Assembly: GCA_002686955.1 (NCBI GenBank)
Contig: NYZA01000143.1
Span: forward strand, 6,974-70,973
Length of the DNA stretch: 64,000 nucleotides
Direction of reading: 5' to 3'
DNA from: Gemmatimonadota bacterium
GTDB lineage: Bacteria; GCA-2686955
The position numbers and the translations under genes were made by a program. This document shows, piece by piece, positions 47,116 to 56,213 of this stretch. The first letter of the stretch is position 1, and every line of letters starts with the position of its first letter. The notes under the pieces are model-generated. The model was given only the letters and a program-made list of their open reading frames with translations, did no database searches and had not been told where the DNA came from.

Positions 47116-47700
47116 ATGCCTAGTGGACGAACCGGGAAGATCCCCGGCCTCGAGCAAGCCGTCCGGGCGCGACCGGAATCCGCGCAAGCTCATTTCAAGC
47201 TCGGAACCGCGTTCAAGGAACTGGGGCAGCTCACGAAAGCCGAGGAGGCCTTGCGCAAGGCGACGGAACTGGATCCATCGATGTACGAGGCGTGGGTGAA
47301 TCTGGGGGGCGTGCTCTTCGCACGGTGGGATTTCGCGGGTAGCGTCGAGGCCAACCGCAAGGCCGTCGAGTGCGATCCGGAATGCGTCCGGGGACACTAC
47401 AACTTGGGGCTCGGGCATCTGTACCTCAACCGCCCCGAGGAGATGGTCGAGAGCTTCAAGCGAGTTGTGGAGTTGGACAAGGAGAATGCCGGAGGTCACC
47501 ACCACCTGGCGATCGTCCAAAACGCGCTTGGCGATCTGAACCAAGCGATCATCAGTCTGGAAAGAGCCAAATCGCTCGGATTCTCTCCAGACCCTTCATT
47601 CATCAAAGAGATCGAGAAAGCTCTGTCCCGTCGCGAAAGCGAAGGCGGAGTCGTCTCGTTCGAAATAGACAACCACCCCAGAGAAGACAGCTCGGATTGA
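47116..47700 (+). CDS. TPR-repeat protein
   Basis: Four to five TPR-like repeats (AHFKLGTAFKELGQLTKAEEALRKATELDP..., YNLGLGHLYLNRPEEMVESFKRVVELD...). 194 aa. Confidence 0.55.
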   Translation: MPSGRTGKIPGLEQAVRARPESAQAHFKLGTAFKELGQLTKAEEALRKATELDPSMYEAWVNLGGVLFARWDFAGSVEANRKAVECDPECVRGHYNLGLGHLYLNRPEEMVESFKRVVELDKENAGGHHHLAIVQNALGDLNQAIISLERAKSLGFSPDPSFIKEIEKALSRRESEGGVVSFEIDNHPREDSSD

Positions 47701-47716
47701 GCAAAGGAGATCACTC

Positions 47717-48034
47717 GTGGCGGATTTTCAAGTTGGCGACTACACCATCGAGATCGACGAAGACGGTTTCATTCAGGAACCGGACCGTTGGGACGAGGCC
47801 GTGGCCCTGGCGCTGGCGGGAACGGAAGGAGTATCCGACCTCACGGACGACCACTGGAAGGTCGTCAATTTCCTGCGTGAGTACTACATCGAGTTCGGCG
47901 TGGCTCCGATGATTCGCAAACTCTGCAAGGCCACCGGCTTCAAGCTGAAGGAGATCTACGATCTCTTCCCCTCGGGCCCCGCCAAGGGTGCCTGCAAGGT
48001 CGCGGGTCTGCCCAAACCGACGGGCTGCGTCTAA
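47717..48034 (+). CDS. dsrC: DsrC (TusE/DsrC/DsvC family), intact C-terminal arm with both cysteines
   Basis: C-terminus ...EIYDLFPSGPAKGACKVAGLPKPTGCV matches the DsrC signature (CysB...PKPTGCV-end). 105 aa. DEDGF, HW(K)VV..LREYY and GxAPMxR blocks are present. Confidence 0.85.
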   Translation: MADFQVGDYTIEIDEDGFIQEPDRWDEAVALALAGTEGVSDLTDDHWKVVNFLREYYIEFGVAPMIRKLCKATGFKLKEIYDLFPSGPAKGACKVAGLPKPTGCV

Positions 48035-48328
48035 CGCGAGTGCGCGCGCCCCGGCAATCCGGTGTTGGTGGAGCGAGCCGCCCACCAAACGATTCCGGGC
48101 GTAGCGTCCCGCCGGCGGACGGAAACCGAGCTTTGATCGCCATGGCCGAGGAACATCCAACAGCTCACGCTGCCGTGGATCAAGCCAAATTCCGTCGACA
48201 ACCCACACGGCAGCGGCGGTGTTTGGGCGCGCCTGGCTCTTGAGGTGTTGCTTTTCCGATCGCTTTTTCGCAACACGAGTACGACGGTGCGCCCCGACGG
48301 CACGGTTCTTCACACTCCCTCCAAATAG

Positions 48329-48949
48329 TTGTGGGCGGCTTCCCTCGGCTTCCATTGGTGTTTCCTCGTAGTGGTGATCAGGCACATGGGCTTCTTCACC
48401 GACCCGGTTCCCCGAGTAGTCAGTTCTCTTTCCGGACTGGACGGATTCCTCGATATCGGCGTACCGGGTCTGCTCTTATCCGGTGCCTTCCTCTTCGCCG
48501 CCACGCTCTTTCTCCTCGGACGAAGGCTCTTCTCCGCGCAGCTTCGTTACATCTCCCTTCCGGCGGACTACTTCCCTCTCTTCTTGATCGTATCGATCGC
48601 CGCCACCGGTCTCGCCCTGCGGCATCTCGCAAAGACCGATATCGCTTCGGCGAAGGCGATGATCATGGGACTCGTCACATTCGCGCCGGCTTCGGGCGCG
48701 GAGCTCCACTGGCTCCTATATGCGCATCTGTTCCTCGTTTGCGTGCTCTTCGCCTATTTCCCATTCAGCAAGCTCATGCACGCCGGAGGAGTGTTCCTGA
48801 GCCCCACTCGGAACCTCGCCAACGACAACCGGGCGACGCGCCACATCAATCCATGGAATCCGCCATTCGAGGTCTACAGCTACGAGCAGTACGAAGACCA
48901 GTTCCGAGACAAGATGAAGGCGGCCGGAATCCCGGTAGAGAAGGAGTAG
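48329..48949 (+). CDS. dsrM: DsrM-like (NarI/HdrE family) di-heme membrane subunit, possibly N-terminally short
   Basis: 206 aa from a TTG start, 4-5 TM helices with conserved His, and a C-terminal cytoplasmic tail (NPWNPPFEVYSYEQYEDQFRDKMK). A stop lies immediately upstream, and no N-terminal extension is found in other frames. Confidence 0.55.
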   Translation: MWAASLGFHWCFLVVVIRHMGFFTDPVPRVVSSLSGLDGFLDIGVPGLLLSGAFLFAATLFLLGRRLFSAQLRYISLPADYFPLFLIVSIAATGLALRHLAKTDIASAKAMIMGLVTFAPASGAELHWLLYAHLFLVCVLFAYFPFSKLMHAGGVFLSPTRNLANDNRATRHINPWNPPFEVYSYEQYEDQFRDKMKAAGIPVEKE

Positions 48950-48952
48950 GCG

Positions 48953-49330
48953 ATGGCACACGAACCACAACCCGACGAGATGGTCTACTACGACCGAGAC
49001 GAGCTCTCGAACGTGCGAATCGCCCTTCCCGAAACGGGATGGATGGATACCCCGGTGGATCTGCGGCCCGGGAGCTTCATCTATCCCGCGAAGGGCAAGC
49101 ACCTCGAATACCTCGGGATGGCGAATCCCAGGCAATGGGCGCCGGCCGATCAAGACTGGAAGCTGCCCAGCAACTGGAAGGAGATCATCATAGACGGTAT
49201 CCGTGAGCGCCTGGACAAGTACCGTTCATTCCAAGTGTTCATGGATATCTGCGTTCGTTGCGGCGCCTGCTCCGACAAGTGTCACTTCTACATCGGAGGC
49301 GGCGATCCAAAGAACATGCCTATTCGGGAG
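48953..49330 (+). pseudogene. dsrK: dsrK N-terminal fragment (HdrD-like; about 125 aa incl. CVRCGACSDKCHFYIGGGDPKNMP)
   Basis: The first ~125 codons of ORF 48953..49534 match the DsrK N-terminal ferredoxin region. The frame then diverges, and the remaining ~400 aa (CCG domains) are absent. Confidence 0.6.
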
Positions 49331-49811
49331 TCGCAGCTACTGGACATTGCTTGGTGTCCTGGCTCTCATGGTTCTCGCCGGATTGTCCTGCTACCTCTAC
49401 CAGTTGAAGATCGGGCTGACGATTACCGGCTTGTGCCGGGACGTGCCCTGGGGCTTCTACATCTCGCAGTTCACCTTTCTCGTCGGCATCGCTGCGTCGG
49501 CGGTGGTGCTGATGTTGCCGTACTACCTACATGATTTCAAGGCGTTCGGGAAGATCGTGATCCTGGGCGAGTTTCTGGCGATCTCAGCGGTGATCATGTG
49601 CATGCTCTTCATATTCGTGGACATGGGACAGCCGACCCGTGTGCTCAATGTTGCTCTCTTCCCGACTCCGAATTCGCTCATGTTTTGGGACATGACGGTT
49701 CTCTTCGGCTATCTGGTGCTCAATGTCGTCATCTCCATGGTGACGTTTCGGGCTGAAATGCAGGGGGTTCAACCGCCAAGATGGATCCGCCCGAAGCTAC
49801 AGCCGGAATAG
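49331..49811 (+). pseudogene. dsrP: dsrP (NrfD/PsrC family) N-terminal fragment joined out of frame to dsrK; C-terminally truncated
   Basis: The alternate frame from about 49330 reads RSYWTLLGVLALMVLAGLSCYLYQLKIGLTITGLCRDVPWGFYISQFTFLVGIAASAVVLMLPYYL..., the N-terminal NrfD-family pattern. Only about 160 aa remain before the stop at 49811. dsrJ and dsrO are absent. Confidence 0.55.
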
Positions 49812-51107
49812 GTGGGGGGACCTGACGCCACGAAGTGCGTTGCGTGTATCTACCACAACAGGGCCATCGGGCGAGCGCAGCAATGTGTAGTCAAAAGCCT
49901 CGTGATCGGTAATCACTACGATACAATCCCTGGCGGCGATCTCTTGCCCATCGAAGGCGACGGATTCCAGTTCGACGCTTCCCGCGGCGTAGGTAGGAAT
50001 CATCGGATCGCTATAGGCAACGTTCGCCCCCCACTTGGTGAGCTGCTCTATCACATCGAGCGCGGGTGATTCTCGAGAATCGTCCACGTTCGGCTTGTAG
50101 GCAACCCCGGCGATCAAGACGCTCGCGCCGCGCACCGCCTGAGAACGGGAGTTCAGTGCCTCCGCCACTTTAGTAGCGACATAATGAGGCATGCTCGTGT
50201 TCACATGTCCCGCCAATTCGATGAATCGCGCTTCGAACCCATGCTGTCGAGCTTTCCAGGAAAGGTAGAAAGGATCGATAGGAATGCAATGACCACCGAG
50301 CCCCGGACCGGGATAGAAAGGGGTGAATCCGAATGGTTTTGTAGCCGCCGCCTCGATGACCTCCCAAACATCGATGCCCATCTCGTTGCACATTAGCGCC
50401 AATTCGTTTACCAATCCGATGTTGACACTTCGAAAAGTGTTTTCGTGTAGCTTCACCATCTCGGCGACTCTCGTCGATGAGACGGGCACGACATGGTCGA
50501 CCGTCTTGCGATAGAGGGACTGGGCTACGTTGGTGCATGTCGTCGAGTGACCACCAACCACCTTCGGGATGTTGCGTGTGTGAAAACGTGCATTACCGGG
50601 GTCCACACGTTCCGGAGAAAACGCCAGGAAGAAATCCTCAGCGACTCGCAAACCGGTGCTCTCGAGCCTTGGTAGGATCAGCTCGTCGGTCGTACCCGGA
50701 TAGGTCGTGCTCTCAAGGATCACGAGCTGACCGGTACGCAGGTGCTTCGCGATCTCCGTGACCGCAGCGGCGATGTACGAGACATCCGGGTCTTTCGTCT
50801 TACGGAGCGGTGTCGGCACACATATATTTATCGTATCGACGCTTGCGAGCAGCGAGAAGTCCGTGGTTGCGGTCAATCGACCCTCTTCGACCTGGGCGGC
50901 GAGGTCCTCGGATGACACATCGCCAACGTACGATTCTCCTCTGTTGATCCGCGCACACTTCGTCTCGTCCACATCGAAGCCGAGGACCGACATGCCCGAG
51001 CGAGCGAACTCGCATGAGAGCGGAAGTCCGACGTAACCCAAGCCGATCACTCCACAACGTACTGTTCCGGATTCGATCTTTTCGGTCAGTTCCTGTGCGC
51101 GGCTCAT
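49797..51107 (-). CDS. Nucleotide-sugar dehydrogenase (UDP-glucose/UDP-ManNAc 6-dehydrogenase family)
   Basis: N-terminal VIGLGYVGLPLSCEFA (NAD Rossmann), catalytic Cys region, and a UDPG_MGDP_dh C-terminus. 436 aa. Its start overlaps the upstream response-regulator stop. Confidence 0.85.
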   Translation of the reverse strand: MSRAQELTEKIESGTVRCGVIGLGYVGLPLSCEFARSGMSVLGFDVDETKCARINRGESYVGDVSSEDLAAQVEEGRLTATTDFSLLASVDTINICVPTPLRKTKDPDVSYIAAAVTEIAKHLRTGQLVILESTTYPGTTDELILPRLESTGLRVAEDFFLAFSPERVDPGNARFHTRNIPKVVGGHSTTCTNVAQSLYRKTVDHVVPVSSTRVAEMVKLHENTFRSVNIGLVNELALMCNEMGIDVWEVIEAAATKPFGFTPFYPGPGLGGHCIPIDPFYLSWKARQHGFEARFIELAGHVNTSMPHYVATKVAEALNSRSQAVRGASVLIAGVAYKPNVDDSRESPALDVIEQLTKWGANVAYSDPMIPTYAAGSVELESVAFDGQEIAARDCIVVITDHEAFDYTLLRSPDGPVVVDTRNALRGVRSPHLFRL

Positions 51108-52318
51108 GGGGCGTTCTCTTTTGATTGTTTCGGTGGTTTCTCGTGGTCGGTCCGCTCAAACGAGAGTGAGCGATGGATATCGATCATTTGGACTCCGCCA
51201 GCGTACTGGGTCGTGACGACATTGGCCAAGCCGGCGAGCTTCTTGGTAATCTCTCTGATGCGAAGGCTCTCGCGCTCGATGCTCTGAAGCTTGCGGATGA
51301 TATCCGCATTTGCATCTGGGTGTTTGCGGAGAAGTAGATCGGCATTACCCATGATCGAGCAGAGCGGGTTGTTGATCTCATGGTTGATACTAACCGCGGC
51401 TTCCGTAACGGCCGCAAGCCGCTGAACCCGAACGAGCTCATCTTGCTTCTCTCGCAATGCGCGCATCGCGGCGGAGGTGGCCTTGTACTGCCGCAGCAAC
51501 TCCTTGTTCGACAACCAGAGACGTGCCATCAGTTGCCGATTCTCGCTCTTGAGACGGTTTCTCACCCAAGCCTCTTCGAGAAAAGCCTCCAGCTTTCGGT
51601 GCTCCAACGGCTTGGTCAGATACTCGTCGGCGCCGATCTTCATCGCCTCGACCGCGACCTTCTCCGACCCGAACGCCGTCATCATGACGACGAGAGCGTC
51701 CGGATCGTCCCTTCTGATCGCCTTTAGAACCTCGAGTCCGTTGGGGGCCGGGATCTGTATGTCGAGCAAGACGACGTCGGGTCGAAACGATCGGAAAAGC
51801 TCGAGGGCGCTTGCACCGTCCGCGGCGTGAGAGACGGTGTACATTTCATGTCCAAGCCGAAGGCGAACCAGCTCGGCATTGTATTCGTTGTCCTCGACCA
51901 AGAGCAGTTTCCGCCTCTTCGATTCGTCCGAATCCACATCACCCGGGCGGAGAAGGGACCGGGCGACTCGCTCGAGCTCTCTGAGATCGACGGGCTTCGG
52001 CAGCGAGGCATCTACCGCGAGCTCCTCCTCACTCACGAGCGTGTCATCGATCAAGAGGGGAGAAACGACCATGATCGGCACCCGCTGGTTTCGCCCCTTC
52101 TTGCGAGCCCTCTCGATCACCTCGAATCCGGACAGGCCATCGAGCATCAGGTCGAGAACGAGGAGGTCGAAGGGGTCGCTCATCAGCGCGGCCAGGCCCG
52201 CCTGACCGTCGACGAAGGGGATCACGTCGGCAGGGAGCCGCTTCAGAACCGCCGCCGTAGCCCCCACGGACTCTCCATCTCCGTCGATCAGACAGATCCG
52301 GAATCTTCTACTCTCCAT
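51104..52318 (-). CDS. Tandem receiver (REC-REC) protein with C-terminal HisKA/DHp domain but no HATPase_c domain
   Basis: Two CheY-like REC domains (...LLVLDLMLDGLSG..., ...VVLLDIQIPAPNGLEVLK...TAFGSEK...). H-box VSINHEINNPLCSIMGNADLL. Only ~95 aa follow, lacking N/G1/G2 boxes. Confidence 0.7.
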   Translation of the reverse strand: MESRRFRICLIDGDGESVGATAAVLKRLPADVIPFVDGQAGLAALMSDPFDLLVLDLMLDGLSGFEVIERARKKGRNQRVPIMVVSPLLIDDTLVSEEELAVDASLPKPVDLRELERVARSLLRPGDVDSDESKRRKLLLVEDNEYNAELVRLRLGHEMYTVSHAADGASALELFRSFRPDVVLLDIQIPAPNGLEVLKAIRRDDPDALVVMMTAFGSEKVAVEAMKIGADEYLTKPLEHRKLEAFLEEAWVRNRLKSENRQLMARLWLSNKELLRQYKATSAAMRALREKQDELVRVQRLAAVTEAAVSINHEINNPLCSIMGNADLLLRKHPDANADIIRKLQSIERESLRIREITKKLAGLANVVTTQYAGGVQMIDIHRSLSFERTDHEKPPKQSKENAP

Positions 52319-52546
52319 CTGGACTCCGATCCCGTCGCACTCCTATTGCGAAAAGGGAAGCTGATTTCGGCCGATGTTTCAACCATGGCCGGCCACCCGC
52401 GCCGGGCTTCCGGTTCCGATCTCTACCACCCACAAGCGCTTCCTCTTGTCGATGGACCCAAGACTCCAGTTTAGCATGACCCGCGGAACCCGGCGCCGCG
52501 ATCCCGGGCAAGTGTGGCGGCAGCCTGCAGTCGAGGGAAGCTGGGC

Positions 52547-55369
52547 ATGAGCGACTCCAATCACGCGAAACGAAAACCCGGCAGTCGGCAACCGACATTC
52601 AGGATCGCGATCGCCGACGATGATCGCACGGCCAAGCTCACGAGACGCGGCTGTCCCCACGGCCCGGCTCCTCGGGAGGAGGAACTGAGAGAAGCGGCTC
52701 TGAGCGCTGGAGTCAAGATCCCTCTCCCGAAGGGGATCAGCGAGAAAGTCTCGAAGCTCTGGGACAAGCTCCGCGGCGGAGGGGCGTCACTCGTGATCGC
52801 GCGGGCCCTCGCGCCGGTTCCCCCGACTCCCGGCACCTGGGAGCTACGCGATAATCCGCCCCTGCCCGTCCGCCGGGGCGAACCGTTGGCCCGCTGGTTG
52901 GAAGGTGAGGCCGGAAGAGACGGTGTATCGATACGCAGAAAACGAATTCGCGCGCCCGAGCTGAAAACAGGCGTGAGACCCTGTTCGGCCCGGATCCGAG
53001 TCATGGAGGGAAGTGCGGCGGCGGTCGCGAGGCTATTCGGCGTCCCCACTCTCGAAAAGGGATTCCTGGATCTAGTGCCGTTGATCGCGCTCTCGCCCGA
53101 CCGTCTAGAGGCCACGGCGACAATCCCCCCGATGCTTGCCTGCAAGGCCGAAGTCACGGGGAAGATGATCATCACAGCGGTTCGTGCGTGCGGCGTTGTT
53201 CACGGAGTGGATGAGGAGGGAATCACCGCGGCTGTAAAGGTGGCGAGGGCGAGCCAGAAGCCGGTCGCCGCGGTCCCAATCGCCTCCGGAACCAAGCCCA
53301 CCGCGGGCGAGGTCTCCCGTTACGACTTTTTCGCTGCGGAGGACGCCGCCCTCACGCCCGGCTCGATCATCGCTTCTCGAAAGGTACGAGCAACCGGTCG
53401 AGACGGCCAAGATGTCACGGGCCGCAGGATTCGCTTCGATTCCGCGGAAAGACCGGAGCTCCGCGCAGGCGTTGGCGTGGAGCTCGACGAGGAGTGTGGT
53501 GAGCTCGTCGCGACCAGATACGGCCAGCTTCGCTTCTTGGGGGAGGAGATCGCGCTTCGGCCACTCATCAAGATCTCGGCGGACCGTCTCTCGGCCGCGA
53601 TGGAGGCTTTTGCGACTGTCGCGGTGATCCGACGCAACGACAGGGGTGCAATTGAGAGCGACGAAATCGAAACCTCGGAGGAGATCCTGATCCAGGCTCT
53701 CCTTCACGATGGAATCTCGGAAGCGCGGATCCTGCCCGAGGAGGTGGGCGCTCTGGCCCGAGACTGTCGCGAATTGGGCCCGGACGCCGAGCGCGGCGCC
53801 CGCCGACTCGTCGCCAGAGGAATCCCCGCGCGCAAGGGCGAAGACGCCACAATCGATTTCGAATTCATGATCGATGGGGACGACCCGATCCGCACCTTCG
53901 GCGATCCTGGGGCTCATTTGGGCGATCGGTGGATCGATGTTGGCCAGATACTCGCCACCAAAACCGCACGGGAAGAGGGAGATGATGGAGTGGGAGTCGA
54001 CGGCGAAGCGATCGAGGCGGAGTCGGGGCGCGATCTGATGATCGAGGCGGGGGAAGGCGTCGAGGTCGATCGATCCGGGCTCGTGTTCGTCTCGCATGGC
54101 CCAGAGACAACTCTGCCTGCCCTGTGTGGAAGCACCCTCACCTGTGAGAGCATGGTGGGGGTCTCGGAGGATCTCCTGCTGGCGCATTTCCCGAGAGACG
54201 GTGCGCGGAAAGGACTGACGATCCCGGACCGTGCGGGAATCGTGGCGGCGCTCCGGCGGGCAGGTGTCGAGCACGGTATCGTCGACGCAGAGGTGGACTC
54301 TCTGGCCGAGAAGGCGGGAAAGACCTGGACTCCGGGAACGCCTCGGATCGAGCTCGCGGTCGGAACCCACCCGGCTCACGGCGAGCCCGCTCGCTTCGTC
54401 TGCCACATCGATACACAGAACAAGTTCGTAGGCGCGGAGGGGGACGAACGGGTGGACTTCAGAGAGATGATCCACTCTCGCGCGGTCGAAGAGGGCCACC
54501 ACCTGGCCTCGCGCGTGCCACCCACCAAGGGCGCAGCACCGGGCAAGAGCGTGCTCGGCACGGAACTGGCCTGTAGGGATGGCTTCGACCGTACTCCGCG
54601 CCCCGGACGGGGCGTCAGGCTCTCGGAAGACGGCCGCGAGTACTACGCGACACGCGAAGGCGTCTACAATCAGCGGAAGAACTCGATCGAGGTCTTGGAG
54701 AACTACGTCGTCGATGGCGATGTCGATTTCTCCGTGGGCCATGTAGACACCAAATGCATGGTCACCGTCGAAGGAACGGTCGCCGCGGGTTTCGATGTCC
54801 GCGCCGATGGCCCGGTCTTCGTGGGTCGCTCAGTCGAAGACGCTGTCATTCGAACGACCGCGTCGGTCTATGTCGGAGAAGGCATCTACTTTGCCAGCCG
54901 AGCCGAGGTGTACGCGGGGGAAGAGGTCGATGTGGCCGTCGTCGATCGGGCTTTGATCGTTGCTGAAGGGGACGTAATGGTGCGCCGAGAAGCGATCAAC
55001 GCAGACATCCGAACGCTTGGAACCCTACGCTTCGGTCGGGTGAAGAGCAGAGCTGTGGGTGGAGCATTGAGAGCCGCGAAGAGGATCGAGGCAGAGACGA
55101 TCGGCAGTGAGTTGGGCACCACGACTCTCGTGGAGGTCGGTGCCACCGTGGGCCTCAGCGACGATGCCCCCCCCGAGCCACCGGAAACGGGCTGGGCCAA
55201 TCTAATCCCCCGAAACGGAGGGTACGGGGCCACGGTTCGCGTGAGAGGAAAAGTGCATCCAGGCACGATCATCAGAATTCTCGCTTGGTCTCGAGAGTTG
55301 CACGAGACGATGGCGGGCGTAGAGTTCTACCTCGATCCGGACTGGACTATCCGAACCAGGAACCTGTAA
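52547..55369 (+). CDS. Giant FapA/DUF342-family protein (flagellar-assembly-protein-A-like beta-solenoid C-terminus, extended N-terminal region)
   Basis: The C-terminal 250 aa show the DUF342 repetitive V-x-V-x-G-D-V solenoid (...VVDGDVDFSVGHVDTKCMVTVEGTVAAGFDVRADGPVFVGRSVEDAVIRTTASVYVGEGIY...). Three upstream segments each resemble the FapA pre-solenoid region. Start at 52547 or 52514. Confidence 0.55.
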   Translation: MSDSNHAKRKPGSRQPTFRIAIADDDRTAKLTRRGCPHGPAPREEELREAALSAGVKIPLPKGISEKVSKLWDKLRGGGASLVIARALAPVPPTPGTWELRDNPPLPVRRGEPLARWLEGEAGRDGVSIRRKRIRAPELKTGVRPCSARIRVMEGSAAAVARLFGVPTLEKGFLDLVPLIALSPDRLEATATIPPMLACKAEVTGKMIITAVRACGVVHGVDEEGITAAVKVARASQKPVAAVPIASGTKPTAGEVSRYDFFAAEDAALTPGSIIASRKVRATGRDGQDVTGRRIRFDSAERPELRAGVGVELDEECGELVATRYGQLRFLGEEIALRPLIKISADRLSAAMEAFATVAVIRRNDRGAIESDEIETSEEILIQALLHDGISEARILPEEVGALARDCRELGPDAERGARRLVARGIPARKGEDATIDFEFMIDGDDPIRTFGDPGAHLGDRWIDVGQILATKTAREEGDDGVGVDGEAIEAESGRDLMIEAGEGVEVDRSGLVFVSHGPETTLPALCGSTLTCESMVGVSEDLLLAHFPRDGARKGLTIPDRAGIVAALRRAGVEHGIVDAEVDSLAEKAGKTWTPGTPRIELAVGTHPAHGEPARFVCHIDTQNKFVGAEGDERVDFREMIHSRAVEEGHHLASRVPPTKGAAPGKSVLGTELACRDGFDRTPRPGRGVRLSEDGREYYATREGVYNQRKNSIEVLENYVVDGDVDFSVGHVDTKCMVTVEGTVAAGFDVRADGPVFVGRSVEDAVIRTTASVYVGEGIYFASRAEVYAGEEVDVAVVDRALIVAEGDVMVRREAINADIRTLGTLRFGRVKSRAVGGALRAAKRIEAETIGSELGTTTLVEVGATVGLSDDAPPEPPETGWANLIPRNGGYGATVRVRGKVHPGTIIRILAWSRELHETMAGVEFYLDPDWTIRTRNL

Positions 55370-55475
55370 TGCGACGCTCGGCGCTCAAGCTGATTCGAAA
55401 TCCGTCGATCGGATGGAAGGAATCCCGTCCGCCCGAAGCCGAGCAACGCGGCGGAAAGACGAAAGGAACGGGGAC

Positions 55476-56213
55476 ATGACAGATTCGATCGCCCTGACAG
55501 TGGGCGCGGAGCGTACCGAGCGTTGGGCCCAGGCGCTGATCCTGGCCGGTTTCAACATCGTGAGCGGCGAGCAGACCGGAGAGGCCAATCTAGCGATCGT
55601 CGACGGAACCGTCGGGTCGGGACCAGCCGATGTTCCAACCCTGCGAATCCCCGCTGGCGAGGATCCGCCACCGGAGCGAGTGATCGCGCTGGTTGCGGGA
55701 AAGCTCGAGGAGATCCGCCGAGAGTGGTTCGCGGCGGGAGTCGATCCTGTCACCGGGATGCCGGGGCGTGAGAGTCTATTTGCCCGCGTGGAGAACGAGG
55801 TGGAGCTCTCCGCGCGCATCATGAAGCCATTCGCTGCCGCGATCCTGGATCCGGACGGCATCGATTCGCTTGCCGCTGGCCTGGGCCAAGAGGCCGCGAA
55901 TCGAGCACTGTCCGAGTTCGCCCAATTCGTTCGACAACGCCTGCGTCGCGTCGACGGTCTGGGTCGCTGGGGAAGCGAGGAGATCGCGCTCATCATGCCC
56001 GCCACCTACCCAACACAGGCGATGACCGTTATCGCCCGACTCCAGGACCATCTCGCTGGAAGCGATCTTGCCCCGGGACGAATCCGTTCCTTCACCGCCG
56101 CCGTTGCGGCCTATCCGATCGACGCGGATTCAGCCGGCCGTCTCATGGAGCTGGCGGAACAACGACTGGCCGATGCCCGCCGCAAGGGCGATGGCCGAAT
56201 CGTGATGGTGTAG
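55476..56213 (+). CDS. Degenerate GGDEF-domain protein (G-S-E-E-I active-site motif, RxxD I-site retained) with degenerate N-terminal REC-like domain
   Basis: DPVTGMPGRESL (DxLTGLxNR-like), RRVDGLGRWGSEEIALIM (I-site RRVD 5 aa before GSEEI instead of GG(D/E)EF). RBS AAGGAA upstream of the ATG at 55476. Confidence 0.6.
   Translation: MTDSIALTVGAERTERWAQALILAGFNIVSGEQTGEANLAIVDGTVGSGPADVPTLRIPAGEDPPPERVIALVAGKLEEIRREWFAAGVDPVTGMPGRESLFARVENEVELSARIMKPFAAAILDPDGIDSLAAGLGQEAANRALSEFAQFVRQRLRRVDGLGRWGSEEIALIMPATYPTQAMTVIARLQDHLAGSDLAPGRIRSFTAAVAAYPIDADSAGRLMELAEQRLADARRKGDGRIVMV

Noticed and set aside
52476-52492. tggcggcagcctgcag upstream of the FapA-like gene as a sigma-54 promoter
   Set aside because: GG/GC spacing is off by one nucleotide relative to the -24/-12 consensus and the -24 box is degenerate.
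53105-54742. 545-aa minus-strand ORF inside the FapA-like gene
   Set aside because: Antisense shadow ORF with no recognisable domains. The plus frame carries the DUF342 solenoid repeats.
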